Assembly: GCA_026646655.1 (NCBI GenBank)
Contig: JAPKHT010000005.1
Span: forward strand, 23,956 to 87,955
Source: Verrucomicrobiia bacterium
GTDB taxonomy: Bacteria; Verrucomicrobiota; Verrucomicrobiia; JADLBR01
Direction: 5' to 3'
Length of the DNA: 64,000 bases
The position numbers were made by a program, and so were the translations under genes. Below are positions 36,281-46,192 of the stretch, piece by piece. How positions within the stretch are numbered: the first letter of the stretch is position 1; the number at the start of each line of letters is the position of its first letter. The notes beneath the pieces are model-generated. The model saw only the letters and a list, made by a program, of their open reading frames with translations. It was not told where the DNA came from and searched no databases.

Positions 36281-38665
36281 ATGCATAGCGCATGGGAGAA
36301 GGCGGCCCGCACGGCGGCGGCCGCGGGGTGGATGTGTTGTATCGCCCTGACGGTCAACGCGCAGCAGTTGGTGCCGCCCCCCTCGCAGTCGGATGGCCGG
36401 GCCGTCGGGCCGACCGTCCGGGAGATCGAGGTCGAGTACGCCGGCCCCAAGGCCGTCAACGAGAGCGTCGTCCGGTCCAACATGAGGACGACGGTCGGGC
36501 AGCCGTTCTCGAAGGCGATGGTCGAGGAGGACGTCCGGAACCTCTATGCCACGGGCCTGTTCACCAACCTGCGCATCTATGACGAACCGGTCGCCGACGG
36601 CGTCAAGGTCGTCGTGATCGTGCAGCCCAAGCCGATGGTCAAGCAGGTCATCCTGGCGGGGTTCTCGAAAGTCGAGGAGAAGCGGCTCCGCAAGGAGATC
36701 GCGACCAAGGCGGGGGGCAACCTCAACGAGCAGCAGATCGCGGCGGACGCGCGCAAGCTGGCCGAGTTCTACCAGAAGCGCGGGTTCAAGGACGCGAAGG
36801 TCACCTACAACACGGAGGTGTCGGAGACCTCGGGCCGCGCCACGGTCACCTTCAACATCGACGAGGGCGACAAGCGCCACGTGCGGAGCATCCAGTTCGA
36901 GGGCAACGAGAAGTTTGACGACGGCAAGCTGCTGAAGGGCAAGGTGTACGTCGGCCAGGGCCAGACGGTGCCGGTCTTCAAGACGAAGAAGCGCGGCATG
37001 CTCTCGTGGCTCTTTGGCACGGGCGTCGTGAAGGACGAGGAGTTCCAGGAGGATCTGCGCAAGCTGCGGCGCTTCTACCAGAACGAGGGATACGTCGATT
37101 TCGAGGTCAAGAACGTGGAGTTCAGGCCGGCCGAGGGCGAGGACTCGGTGGACATCGTCATCCACGTCGCCGAGGGCAACCAGTATCGCGTGGGCACGCT
37201 CAAGATCGAGGGCTACACCCTCTTCACCGAGGAGCAGATCCGGCGCCGCCTCAAGATGAAGGAGAACGAGATCTTCTCGCCGACGACGATGGAGGAGGAC
37301 GTGGAGCGGGTCCGCGAGCTCTATGGCGCCGACGGGTACATCGACTCGAACGTGGGGACGCGCCAGATGCCGGCGGTGGAATCCGGCCGGATGGACCTTC
37401 ACTACCGGATCTCCGAGGGGCCGCAGGTGTTCGTCGAGAGGATCGTCATCCAGGGCAACAACAAGACCAAGGACAAGGTCATCCGCCGGGAGATCGCGCT
37501 GGCGCCGGGCGACATCTACAGCACCGTCCGCGCGGAGGCGTCCAAGAACCGGCTCCAGAACCTCAACTACTTCTCGAAGGTCGACGTGAATCCCCAGGAC
37601 ACCGCGATCCCGAGCCGGAAGAACATGGTCATCAACGTGGAGGAGCAGCGCACCGGGTCGTTCACCTTTGGCGCGGGATTCTCGACGATCGACAGCATCC
37701 TCGGGTTCATAGAGCTGTCGCAGAGCAACTTCGACATCGCGAACTGGCCCGGTTTCACGGGCGCCGGCCAGAAGTTCCGGCTGCGCCTGCAGTTTGGCGC
37801 GAAACGGCAGGACTACATCGTGTCGTTCGTGGAGCCCTGGTTCCTCAACCAGCGCTTGGCGCTGGGGGTGGACGTGTTCTACCGGACGGCGAGCTACCTG
37901 AGCACGCTGTATGACGAGGACCGCTTCGGCATGAGCACGCGCCTCAGCAAGTCGCTGAACCAGTTCCTGAGCGCGCGCGTCGTCTACCGCTTCGAGTCGA
38001 TCGGCATCGTCAACGTCGAGGACGGGGCCCCCGACATCATCAAGGAGGAGGAGGGCAAGAGGCTCCGGAGCGCGATCGAGCTGGGCCTGACCCACGACAC
38101 CCGGGACAGCGTGTTCCTCTCGCGGAAGGGCCACAAGGTCGACGTGTTCGGCGAACTGGCCGGCGGCCCGTTCTTCGGCGACACGGACATCTATCGGTTC
38201 GGGTTCGAGGCGCAGAAGTTCTTCCTGTTGCCCAAGGATGTGATCTTCTCGCTCCAGATGGCCTCCGCGATCGTGGAGTCCTACGGGGACACCGACCGGG
38301 TGCCGATCTTCGACCGGCTCTTCGTGGGAGGCTCCAACACCGTCCGCGGTTTCCGCTATCGCGACGTCGGCCCGAAGGACGAAGACGGGGTGCCGATCGG
38401 CGGTGGCACGATGGCATACGGCAATGCCGAGGTGACGTTCCCGGTCATCGAGCGCATCCGCGGCGCGCTGTTCGTGGATGGCGGTTTCGCGAACGAGGGA
38501 TCGTTTAACTACGACATGGACAATTTCAGCCTGGGCGCCGGTTTCGGCGTCCGCCTGAATCTGCCGATCGGGCCGCTGCGGCTCGACTACGGCTTCCCGC
38601 TCATCTCGGATGAGTTCAACAACCGGGGCGGGCAATTCCACTTCAATGTGGGATACCAATTCTAA
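36281..38665 (+). CDS. bamA: Outer-membrane protein assembly factor BamA
   Basis: 794 aa: signal peptide, five POTRA-like repeats, then a C-terminal beta-barrel ending GGQFHFNVGYQF. Confidence 0.9.
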   Translation: MHSAWEKAARTAAAAGWMCCIALTVNAQQLVPPPSQSDGRAVGPTVREIEVEYAGPKAVNESVVRSNMRTTVGQPFSKAMVEEDVRNLYATGLFTNLRIYDEPVADGVKVVVIVQPKPMVKQVILAGFSKVEEKRLRKEIATKAGGNLNEQQIAADARKLAEFYQKRGFKDAKVTYNTEVSETSGRATVTFNIDEGDKRHVRSIQFEGNEKFDDGKLLKGKVYVGQGQTVPVFKTKKRGMLSWLFGTGVVKDEEFQEDLRKLRRFYQNEGYVDFEVKNVEFRPAEGEDSVDIVIHVAEGNQYRVGTLKIEGYTLFTEEQIRRRLKMKENEIFSPTTMEEDVERVRELYGADGYIDSNVGTRQMPAVESGRMDLHYRISEGPQVFVERIVIQGNNKTKDKVIRREIALAPGDIYSTVRAEASKNRLQNLNYFSKVDVNPQDTAIPSRKNMVINVEEQRTGSFTFGAGFSTIDSILGFIELSQSNFDIANWPGFTGAGQKFRLRLQFGAKRQDYIVSFVEPWFLNQRLALGVDVFYRTASYLSTLYDEDRFGMSTRLSKSLNQFLSARVVYRFESIGIVNVEDGAPDIIKEEEGKRLRSAIELGLTHDTRDSVFLSRKGHKVDVFGELAGGPFFGDTDIYRFGFEAQKFFLLPKDVIFSLQMASAIVESYGDTDRVPIFDRLFVGGSNTVRGFRYRDVGPKDEDGVPIGGGTMAYGNAEVTFPVIERIRGALFVDGGFANEGSFNYDMDNFSLGAGFGVRLNLPIGPLRLDYGFPLISDEFNNRGGQFHFNVGYQF

Positions 38666-38701
38666 CAGCAACGAGACACGCACAGGAGGGACATCACCGT
38701 C

Positions 38702-39325
38702 ATGAAAAAGACCGCACTCGCAATATGCGCCACGCTCGGCCTGGCGGCCGCCGCGCAGGCCCAGATGAAGATCGGGACCGTCGATCTGAACAAGATCTTT
38801 GAGGGTTACTACAAGACGGAGCAGGCCAAGGCGACCGTCAACACGCTGCAGAACAACTACAACAACGACCGGAAGATCAAGACCGACGATTACGCCAAGC
38901 GTCGGGACGAGGTCGTGAAGCTCCGGGACGAGGCGAACAACCCCGCGCTGAGCGCGGACATCAAGCAGCAGAAGAACCTGCTCCTCCAGGAGAAGGGGAA
39001 AGAGCTGCTGGCGCTGGAGAGGGAGATCATGGAGTTCGACCGGCAGCGGCGGGGCGACATCCAGCAGCAGATGCTGCGGATGCGCAACGAGGTCGTCAAA
39101 GAGATCACCGACACGGTGCAGGCGATCGCGAAGCAGCAGGGGTTCTCGCTGGTGTTCGACAAGACGGGCCAGTCGATGGCGGCGGCGCCGCTGCTGGTTT
39201 TCGCGAACGACGCGCTGGATTTCAGCCAGGTCGTGGTGGACCAGTTGAACGCCGGTCGCCCCCAGGGTGCCGCTGCCCCGGCCGCGGCGCCGGCGGCGCC
39301 GGCCGCACCGGCACAGCGCAGGTGA
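38702..39325 (+). CDS. skp: OmpH/Skp periplasmic chaperone
   Basis: Signal peptide MKKTALAICATLGLAAAAQAQ, coiled-coil OmpH motifs (KIGTVDLNKIF), and a position between bamA and lpxD. Confidence 0.85.
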   Translation: MKKTALAICATLGLAAAAQAQMKIGTVDLNKIFEGYYKTEQAKATVNTLQNNYNNDRKIKTDDYAKRRDEVVKLRDEANNPALSADIKQQKNLLLQEKGKELLALEREIMEFDRQRRGDIQQQMLRMRNEVVKEITDTVQAIAKQQGFSLVFDKTGQSMAAAPLLVFANDALDFSQVVVDQLNAGRPQGAAAPAAAPAAPAAPAQRR

Positions 39326-39357
39326 CGTCGGCCGTTGGCCGATCCTAGGCGGCCCGC

Positions 39358-40389
39358 GTGAGGACCGTTGGAGAGCTTTCCGCCCACGTGGGCGGGGTGG
39401 TCGAGGGCGACCCGGCCCGCGGCATAGCGGGTGTCGCTGGGCTTTCGGATGCCGAACCTGATCAGATCTCGTTTTTGGCGAGTCCTCTTTACGCCCGGGC
39501 GGCGCGGCATTCGCGGGCGGGCGCGATCTTGGTTGGGCTGAACGTGCCGCGGCCGAACGATTCGGCGGTACTGGTCCGTGCGGAGAATCCATCGCTGGCG
39601 TTCTCGCGGGTGTGCGAGATTTTCGCGCCCGAGCCGGTGCGTTTCGAGCCGGGCGTGAGTCCCCGGGCCCACGTGTCACCGGGGGCGGAAATTGGGGAGG
39701 GCGTGAGCATACAGCCCGGGGCGGTGATCGAGCCAGGGGCGCGCGTGGGGCGGCGGACGGTGATCGGGGCCAATTGTTACGTGGGGCACGAGAGCCGGAT
39801 TGGCGATGACTGCGTCATCTACCCCAACGTGTGCATCCGGGAGCGGGTGACCATCGGCAACCACGTGATCATACATTGTGGGGCGGTGATCGGGGCCGAT
39901 GGCTTTGGTTTCGACATTTCCTCTGCCGAGGCGCAGAAGATCCCACAGATCGGGACCGTCCGAATCGATGACCGCGTGGAGATTGGCGCGAATGCCACGG
40001 TGGACCGGGCGCGGTTCGGCCAGACGTGGATCCAGGAGGGGGCGAAGATCGATAATCTGGTGCAGGTGGCGCACAACGTGGTGATCGGCAAGAACTCGCT
40101 CATTGCGGCGCAGGCGGGAATTTCTGGGAGCTCGCGGCTGGGGCAACGGGTGATCTTGGCGGGGCAGGCGGGGATCGCGGGTCACGTGGCCATCGGCGAC
40201 GGGGCGATCGTGGCCGCGCAGGCCGGGGTGGGCAAGGACGTGCCGCCGCGGCTGATGGTGGCGGGATACCACGCGCAACCCATTCGACAGGAGCAGAGGA
40301 TGGAGGCGTCCATGAGGCGTCTGCCGGAGATCATTCAGAGGTTGCGCCGGGTCGAACAGCGGCTGGGCCAACGGTCGGACGATGATTGA
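39358..40389 (+). CDS. lpxD: UDP-3-O-acylglucosamine N-acyltransferase
   Basis: GTG start and left-handed beta-helix hexapeptide repeats (IGDDCVIYPNVCIRERVTIGNHVIIHCGAVIGADGFGF). Part of the conserved bamA-skp-lpxD order. Confidence 0.9.
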   Translation: MRTVGELSAHVGGVVEGDPARGIAGVAGLSDAEPDQISFLASPLYARAARHSRAGAILVGLNVPRPNDSAVLVRAENPSLAFSRVCEIFAPEPVRFEPGVSPRAHVSPGAEIGEGVSIQPGAVIEPGARVGRRTVIGANCYVGHESRIGDDCVIYPNVCIRERVTIGNHVIIHCGAVIGADGFGFDISSAEAQKIPQIGTVRIDDRVEIGANATVDRARFGQTWIQEGAKIDNLVQVAHNVVIGKNSLIAAQAGISGSSRLGQRVILAGQAGIAGHVAIGDGAIVAAQAGVGKDVPPRLMVAGYHAQPIRQEQRMEASMRRLPEIIQRLRRVEQRLGQRSDDD

Positions 40390-41908
40390 GGGACGGCCGG
40401 GGTGCGGCGTCTATTGGGCCGCGGGCGCGATGGCGCTGTCGATCTGCGGGGGTGTGTTTCTGTGCGCGCCGGAGCTGGCGCCTTGGTCGATGCGGGCCCG
40501 GGGGATTTTGGTCGGTCGCGGTGACATGGCCTCGCCCCAGCGCGCTGGCGGCGAGGCCGCCGCGGGTGAGGGGAGGCCACCGGTTCACCCAGGACCGGCG
40601 AGGGTCGTCGATGCCCGGAAGTCGGCGCCGGCAGCGCCCCCGCGAGTCCAGCAGGCCCCACCGCCGCCCCCTGAGCCGCCTTTGCCGCGGCGCTACATCC
40701 CGTATGGGCGCATCGAGACGGCCCGGATCTTCAACGGTGTCCAGCTCGAGGCGAAGGTGCAGACGGAGCAGGGGAGCGCCGCCTCCAAGGAGCGTGAGTC
40801 AGATCCGAGTTACCGCGTGGCGCTGGACGTCAGGGTCAACGTCCCGACGCCCGTCGACACCGTGGCGGGATTGGCCCGCCTGAACCCCGGGCTCCCCACC
40901 GCGCTGCCCGGATTGTCGGGGCTGGTGTCCTCGGGGAAAGTGTCGGACTTTTTTCATGGCCTGTACGAGAGGAAGGTAGCCTATCTGCACGATCAGGTCG
41001 CCCGCCTGGACCAGCTCGTCTCGCGCCACAATTTTTACGACTGCGAGACGATCCTGGAGCTGCGGGATGCGGGAACGGGCCGCAGGGCGCTGCTGATTCA
41101 GGGGGAGATGGACGTGGTGGCCGACGGATCGGACGGGGACCGCATGAGCCAGGGCGATGGCGGGAGCGCGAATTTTCAGCCGTTCACCAGCTATCGCTGG
41201 AAGAAGAGGACCGAGAGACCGAATCCATTTCTGGCCGACCGGAAGCGGAGGCTGGCGGAGGCCGAGCGGGACTTTGCGGTGAAGGGCTTGAGCGTCGAGC
41301 GCAACCGGGAACTGCGCGCGACGATCGATCAGATGCGCCGCGAGATCGTCGATCTGGAGCGCTACAGCTTTCTGGTTGCGGCGATGGACCCCTTTGTGGT
41401 CGTGCCTGGCTTCATCCTCAGGTATCCGGATTTGCCATTTGCCCCCGGCATCGGGGACATGGCCGTCGTCATTCGCGGCGGACGGGCGTATCCGGCGCTC
41501 GTTGGCGATGCGGGGCCGTCGTACAAAGCGGGCGAGGCCTCGCTGAAGATAGCACGCGCCATTGACCCGAAGAGCGACCCATATCGGCGCCCGGTGAGCG
41601 ACCTGAGCGTCACCTATATTGTATTCCCGAAGACGGCGACGGAGCCGGCCGGGCCACCGGACGTGGCGAAGATGCGCGCGAGGTGCGCGGATCTGCTGCG
41701 GGAGATTGGGGGGTTCGCGGGGGAGGTGCACGACTGGGCTCCGCCACCGCCCCCGGTCATGACAAATGCCACGGCATCCGCGGTCGCGGTCGTGGCGGGT
41801 GGCACGAACGCGGCGCCGGCCGCAGGGCCCACCTCGGACGAGCGCGCCGGGCCTCAGCCCGCCGGAACGAATGGCCGTGGCGGACCCGTGGTTTCGCCCC
41901 AAGAATGA
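40382..41908 (+). CDS. Hypothetical membrane-anchored protein (N-terminal TM, Pro-rich linker, C-terminal globular domain of unknown function)
   Basis: 508-aa ORF whose start overlaps the lpxD stop by 8 nt. N-terminal hydrophobic segment LSICGGVFLCAP. No domain confidently recognised. Confidence 0.55.
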   Translation: MIEGRPGCGVYWAAGAMALSICGGVFLCAPELAPWSMRARGILVGRGDMASPQRAGGEAAAGEGRPPVHPGPARVVDARKSAPAAPPRVQQAPPPPPEPPLPRRYIPYGRIETARIFNGVQLEAKVQTEQGSAASKERESDPSYRVALDVRVNVPTPVDTVAGLARLNPGLPTALPGLSGLVSSGKVSDFFHGLYERKVAYLHDQVARLDQLVSRHNFYDCETILELRDAGTGRRALLIQGEMDVVADGSDGDRMSQGDGGSANFQPFTSYRWKKRTERPNPFLADRKRRLAEAERDFAVKGLSVERNRELRATIDQMRREIVDLERYSFLVAAMDPFVVVPGFILRYPDLPFAPGIGDMAVVIRGGRAYPALVGDAGPSYKAGEASLKIARAIDPKSDPYRRPVSDLSVTYIVFPKTATEPAGPPDVAKMRARCADLLREIGGFAGEVHDWAPPPPPVMTNATASAVAVVAGGTNAAPAAGPTSDERAGPQPAGTNGRGGPVVSPQE

Positions 41909-42014
41909 CACGGCCCGACGGATGGGAGTGTCCTCTCCAGCAAGATGGGCGGCAACGCGCTTCCACCTCGCAAGCTCTTGCCACGGCGCGGACTTCCCAG
42001 TGCCCGTGCTTTTC

Positions 42015-42118
42015 AAAAGCCGTAAGGCTGTAGGTGTCCGGATTCGCCAAACGGAGATCCAGTGGCCGGACGCGTGAGCGTTCGGCCAAAGCCTTACGGC
42101 TTCGGCTACATTTTCATC
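42015..42118 (+). repeat. Dispersed repeat family A, copy 5 (forward, variant 5' arm)
   Basis: ...gccaaacggagatccagtggccggacgcgtgagcgttcggccaaagccttacggcttcggctacattttcatc. Confidence 0.75.
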
Positions 42119-43595
42119 GGACGAGTGGGTCGCCCTTGATCATCCGGGCGATGATCTCGCTGGCGAGTTTTGGGTTCGCCTTGCCTTTGGAGAGCTTCAT
42201 GACTTGGCCCGTGAGGAAGTTCAGCGCGGAGGCCTTGCCGTCGCGGACATCCTGGACGGGGCCTGGGTGGGCCCCGATGACCTGGCGGGCGAGGGCCTCG
42301 ATGGCCCCGGTGTCGCTGACCTGTTCGAGACCCTTGGCCCTGACGATGGCGGCGGGAGCGGCGCCGGTCTCGAACATCTCCCTGAAGACCTCCTTGGCCT
42401 GTTTGCTATTGATCCGGCCGGCGTCGATGAGTCCGACGAGTTCCCGGAGGTCGGCGGGTTGGACGGGGCATTCGGACAGCGCCTTCTCGGACGAGGCGAG
42501 GGCGCTGAGCAGGTCGTTGAGGAGGAAATTGGCGATGCCCTTGGGGTTGGATGCCCCGGAGGCGGCTGCCTCGAAGAAACGCGCCAGGTGAGGATCGGAG
42601 GCGAGGACCGAGGCATCGTACTCGGTGACGCCGAGATCGCGGGTGTAGCGGTCGGCGCGGGCGCCCGGGAGTTCGATGAGGCGGGCCCGGGCCTCCTCAA
42701 GGAGGCCATCGGTCGTCCGGATGGGCATGAGGTCGGGATCGGGGAAATAGCGGTAGTCGTGGGCCTCCTCCTTGGACCGCATCGTGGATGTCTGCCCGAT
42801 GTCGTCATCCCAGCGGCGGGTCTCTTGGGTGATGCGGCCCCCGGCGGACACGACTTCGATCTGGCGGGCGATCTCATAGGCCAGCGCGCGCCGGACGCCG
42901 CTGATGCTGTTCATGTTCTTGATCTCGCACTTCGTGCCGAACGCCTTCTGGCCCCTGGGGCGGACGCTGACGTTGCAGTCGCAGCGCAGTTGGCCCTTCT
43001 CCATGTCGGCATCGCTGACGCCGGCCTGGACGAGGATGAGGCGGAGCGCGGTGAGGAAGGCGAATGCCTCCTCGGGTGAGGCGATGTCGGCCTCGGTGAC
43101 AATCTCCATCAGGGGTGTGCCGGCGCGGTTAAAATCGATGCCGCTGGTGGTATCGAAGTGGGTGGATTTGGCGACATCTTCCTCGAGGTGGATGCGGGTG
43201 AGGTGGACCCGCTTGCGGGCAGAGGCCTCCGGGGAATCCTGCGCATCCTTCGGGAATGAGAACCGGTCCAGGGTGACGCCGCCGCCGCGGCACAGGGGCA
43301 TATCGTACTGCGATATCTGGTAGTTCTTGGGCATGTCGGGGTAGAAATAGTTCTTCCGGTCGAATTTGCAGTACTCGTCGATCTGGCAACCGAGGAGGAG
43401 GCCGGTCTGGATCGTGCGGACGATGGCCTCGCGATTGGGGACCGGCAGGACGCCGGGGTGGCCGAGGCAGACGGGGCAGGTGAGTGCGTTGGGGGACTCT
43501 CCGAAGCCGGTGCGGCAACCGCAGAACATCTTGCTGCGGGTGCGCACCTGGCAGTGCACCTCGAGCCCGATCACCGGTTCGTAGTCGGTCTTCAT
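42114..43595 (-). CDS. gatB: Asp-tRNA(Asn)/Glu-tRNA(Gln) amidotransferase subunit B
   Basis: N-terminus MKTDYEPVIGLEVHCQV and motif CGCRTGFGESPNALTCPVCLGHPG are typical of GatB. Confidence 0.9.
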   Translation of the reverse strand: MKTDYEPVIGLEVHCQVRTRSKMFCGCRTGFGESPNALTCPVCLGHPGVLPVPNREAIVRTIQTGLLLGCQIDEYCKFDRKNYFYPDMPKNYQISQYDMPLCRGGGVTLDRFSFPKDAQDSPEASARKRVHLTRIHLEEDVAKSTHFDTTSGIDFNRAGTPLMEIVTEADIASPEEAFAFLTALRLILVQAGVSDADMEKGQLRCDCNVSVRPRGQKAFGTKCEIKNMNSISGVRRALAYEIARQIEVVSAGGRITQETRRWDDDIGQTSTMRSKEEAHDYRYFPDPDLMPIRTTDGLLEEARARLIELPGARADRYTRDLGVTEYDASVLASDPHLARFFEAAASGASNPKGIANFLLNDLLSALASSEKALSECPVQPADLRELVGLIDAGRINSKQAKEVFREMFETGAAPAAIVRAKGLEQVSDTGAIEALARQVIGAHPGPVQDVRDGKASALNFLTGQVMKLSKGKANPKLASEIIARMIKGDPLVR

Positions 43596-43619
43596 GGGGT
43601 CATCGCGGGCGCCGCGCCC

Positions 43620-45068
43620 TCATATCGGCGGTCTTTCCCTGTGCCATGGCGTGGTCCGCTCGTAATGGTGGGCCGCGCGGAGGATGGTCGATTCGCCGAA
43701 CGGTCGACCGATGATCTGGAGCCCGATGGGCAGGCGTCCCCCGCCCTCATCGGCGAAGCCGCAGGGGACGGAGATGCCGCAGGTGCCGGCCATGTTGACG
43801 GCGATGGTGAAGACATCGCCGAGGTACATGCTGATGGGATCGTCCAGTTTCTCGCCCAGCCTGAAGGCGGGGGAGGGGGCCGTGGGGGTCAGGATGGCAT
43901 CGCAGGAGGCAAAGGCGCGATCGAAGTCGCGGCGTATGAGGGTGCGGACCTTCTGGGCGCGCAGGTAATAGGCGTCGTAGTATCCCGAGCTCAGGACATA
44001 GGTGCCGAGGAGGATGCGGCGCTTGACCTCGCTGCCGAAGCCCTCCCTGCGGGTCCGCGCGTAGCAGTCGATCACATCGGCGGGATCCTTGGCGCGGTGG
44101 CCGTAGCGGACGCCATCGAAGCGGGCCAGGTTCGAGGATGCCTCTGCGGGTGCGATGATGTAATAGGACGCGATCGCGTACTCGGTGTGGGGCAGGGAGA
44201 TGTCAATGATCTCGGCCCCCTCGCGGGCGAGGTGATCGATGGCGCCCCGGACCGCCCGCTCGACCGCGGGATCCATGCCCGGGATGAAGTACTCCTTGGG
44301 CACGCCGAATTTCAGCCCTTTCACCCCGCCTTCCAGCGATGCGGCGAAATCGGGGACGGGCCGGTCCACGGAGGTGCAATCGGACGGGTCGTGTCCCGAG
44401 ATGGCGCCCAGGATCAGGGCGGCGTCCTCGACGTAGTGGGCCAACGGGCCGATCTGGTCCAGCGACGACGCGAACGCCACCAGCCCAAAGCGCGAGACGC
44501 GCCCATACGTGGGTTTGAGGCCCACGCAACCGCAGAAGGACGCCGGCTGGCGGATCGAGCCGCCCGTGTCGCTGCCCAGGGCCACCACGGCCAGGCCGCC
44601 TGCCACGGCGGCGGCGCTTCCCCCGCTGCTGCCCCCCGGCGCGCGCGACGTGTCCCAGGGATTCCTGCAGGGGCCGTAGTACGAATTCTCGTTGGACGAA
44701 CCCATGGCGAACTCGTCCATGTTCACCCGGCCCGCGGGGATCGCGCCCGCCCCGCGCAACTTGCGGATGACGGTCGCATCATAGATCGACCGATGACCCT
44801 GGAGGATGCCGGAGCCGCAGGTGCACGGCTGGCCCCGCACCGCTATCACGTCCTTGATGGCGACCGGTATGCCCCCCAGCGGCAGCGCGATGTCCGCGCG
44901 GTCCGCCTCGGCACATGCCGCATCCCAGTCGGTGTGGACATAGGCGTTCAGGGCCGGGTTATGGGCCTCCACCCGCTCCCGGATCGCCGCGACGATGTCC
45001 CGCGGGCGGATCTCGCCCGCGCGCAACTGCGCCCGCAAGGCCGCGACCGACTCAAGGGGCAAGCTCAT
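43620..45068 (-). CDS. gatA: Glutamyl-tRNA(Gln) amidotransferase subunit A (amidase signature family)
   Basis: Amidase signature GGSSGGSAAAVA...GSDTGGSIRQPA. Confidence 0.9.
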   Translation of the reverse strand: MSLPLESVAALRAQLRAGEIRPRDIVAAIRERVEAHNPALNAYVHTDWDAACAEADRADIALPLGGIPVAIKDVIAVRGQPCTCGSGILQGHRSIYDATVIRKLRGAGAIPAGRVNMDEFAMGSSNENSYYGPCRNPWDTSRAPGGSSGGSAAAVAGGLAVVALGSDTGGSIRQPASFCGCVGLKPTYGRVSRFGLVAFASSLDQIGPLAHYVEDAALILGAISGHDPSDCTSVDRPVPDFAASLEGGVKGLKFGVPKEYFIPGMDPAVERAVRGAIDHLAREGAEIIDISLPHTEYAIASYYIIAPAEASSNLARFDGVRYGHRAKDPADVIDCYARTRREGFGSEVKRRILLGTYVLSSGYYDAYYLRAQKVRTLIRRDFDRAFASCDAILTPTAPSPAFRLGEKLDDPISMYLGDVFTIAVNMAGTCGISVPCGFADEGGGRLPIGLQIIGRPFGESTILRAAHHYERTTPWHRERPPI

Positions 45069-45352
45069 TCGACGATCTTTGGCGTGATGAACAAGCCGTT
45101 GGCCGCCAGCGGGGCATTGGCGAGCGCGTCGGATTCCGGAACCGACTCCCGCGGTTCGTCGGCGCGAAATACATTGTGGATCGGCGCGGCATGTGCCGTC
45201 GGCTCAATCCCTTCCAGATCCAGCCGCCCCAATGCCGCTATATGCCCCAGTACCCCATCCAGTTGCCCCTGAAACGCCTCCGCCTCGCCATCGTTCAGCT
45301 CCAGCCGCGCCAAATGGGCCACGTACGCCACGTCGATCTCGACCTTTCCCAT
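45065..45352 (-). CDS. gatC: Glutamyl-tRNA(Gln) amidotransferase subunit C
   Basis: 95 aa starting MGKVEIDVAYVAHLARLEL. The stop overlaps the gatA start (ATGA). A longer TTG-initiated form starts at 45391. Confidence 0.75.
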   Translation of the reverse strand: MGKVEIDVAYVAHLARLELNDGEAEAFQGQLDGVLGHIAALGRLDLEGIEPTAHAAPIHNVFRADEPRESVPESDALANAPLAANGLFITPKIVE

Positions 45353-45465
45353 CGCAGTTCGACCGATAGCGCGGGCCGCCGGATCTGGCAACTCCCGATG
45401 CCGGTCAGAAACCGGAATCTGCGCCCCCCAGGGTCGCTCCGATCCCCTTCGATATCCGGGGGTGA

Positions 45466-45552
45466 CTCAAAAATTACCGCGTCGCTTCCCGTAGCCGAAC
45501 GCGTGAGCGTTTGGGCGCCAATCGCCCGAGGCGATCGGCCACATTTTCCCAA
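45466..45552 (+). repeat. Dispersed repeat family A, copy 6 (forward)
   Basis: ctcaaaaattaccgcgtcgcttcccgtagccgaacgcgtgagcgtttgggcgccaatcgcccgaggcgatcggccacattttccc. Confidence 0.85.
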
Positions 45553-45624
45553 GCCGGTGGTCCGGCGGTTGCCGGATGGGATCTAACCAGAAACTTCAAA
45601 GTTGGGGACACTTCGATGCGTGTC

Positions 45625-45745
45625 ACAACATACACGGAATCAGCAGCTTATTCGGACACCGCCTGAAGGCGGCACTACGAGCACACGACCACGGGAATGT
45701 TCGTAGTGGTGCCTTCAGGCACTCCGCGACCCACCAGAGGTTTCC
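45625..45745 (+). repeat. Structured repeat family B, copy 2
   Basis: caccgcctgaaggcggcactacgagcacacgaccacgggaatgttcgtagtggtgccttcaggcac, with the same double-hairpin architecture as 22021-22140. Confidence 0.75.
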
Positions 45746-45807
45746 CCCTGAATAATCCGGCGCGTGGAGAACTCTGGCCATCTCCGCCCGCGTCAACGCA
45801 TGGGGGC

Positions 45808-45836
45808 AAAAAAAAGCGGCCGCCGAAGCGGCCGCC
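45808..45836 (-). terminator. Rho-independent terminator (minus strand): GCGGCCGC-ttcg-GCGGCCGC stem followed by U8
   Basis: The plus strand reads aaaaaaaa gcggccgccgaagcggccgcc. On the minus strand this is the hairpin followed by TTTTTTTT, about 360 nt downstream of the ECF S-component stop. Confidence 0.7.
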
Positions 45837-46192
45837 CTCTGCAGGGCGGCCAGCGTGTGCTTGGGATCAGGTGCTCCTACTCCGGGTTTTGGGATAGGGG
45901 GGGAAAGAACGAGAGTAGGAGGTGCCAACCGCGCCTGCAAATCTTCAAAATTTGCAACTCTGCCCCATATGGAACGATTTCCATTTGGAGGCCGAGTGTT
46001 CAAAGAACTGTTGAATCAATACATCGATTCGGTGCCTCGCGCAACCGAAAAGGGGACATTTGTAAACTTTATGAAAAAAATTAATGTCATGACGAGGTGT
46101 GGTTTCGATGGCATGCGGATTGCTGTCTTGGGATTTGGGGGGCCGACATCGGGGCAACGCAAGACGATATTATTCAAATAGTTATAGAAATG

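Noticed and set aside
45855-46181. 108-aa plus-strand ORF and 70-aa minus-strand ORF in the AT-rich segment
   Set aside because: No SD, no recognisable motif, and an anomalous composition. They are reported as a finding rather than as genes.
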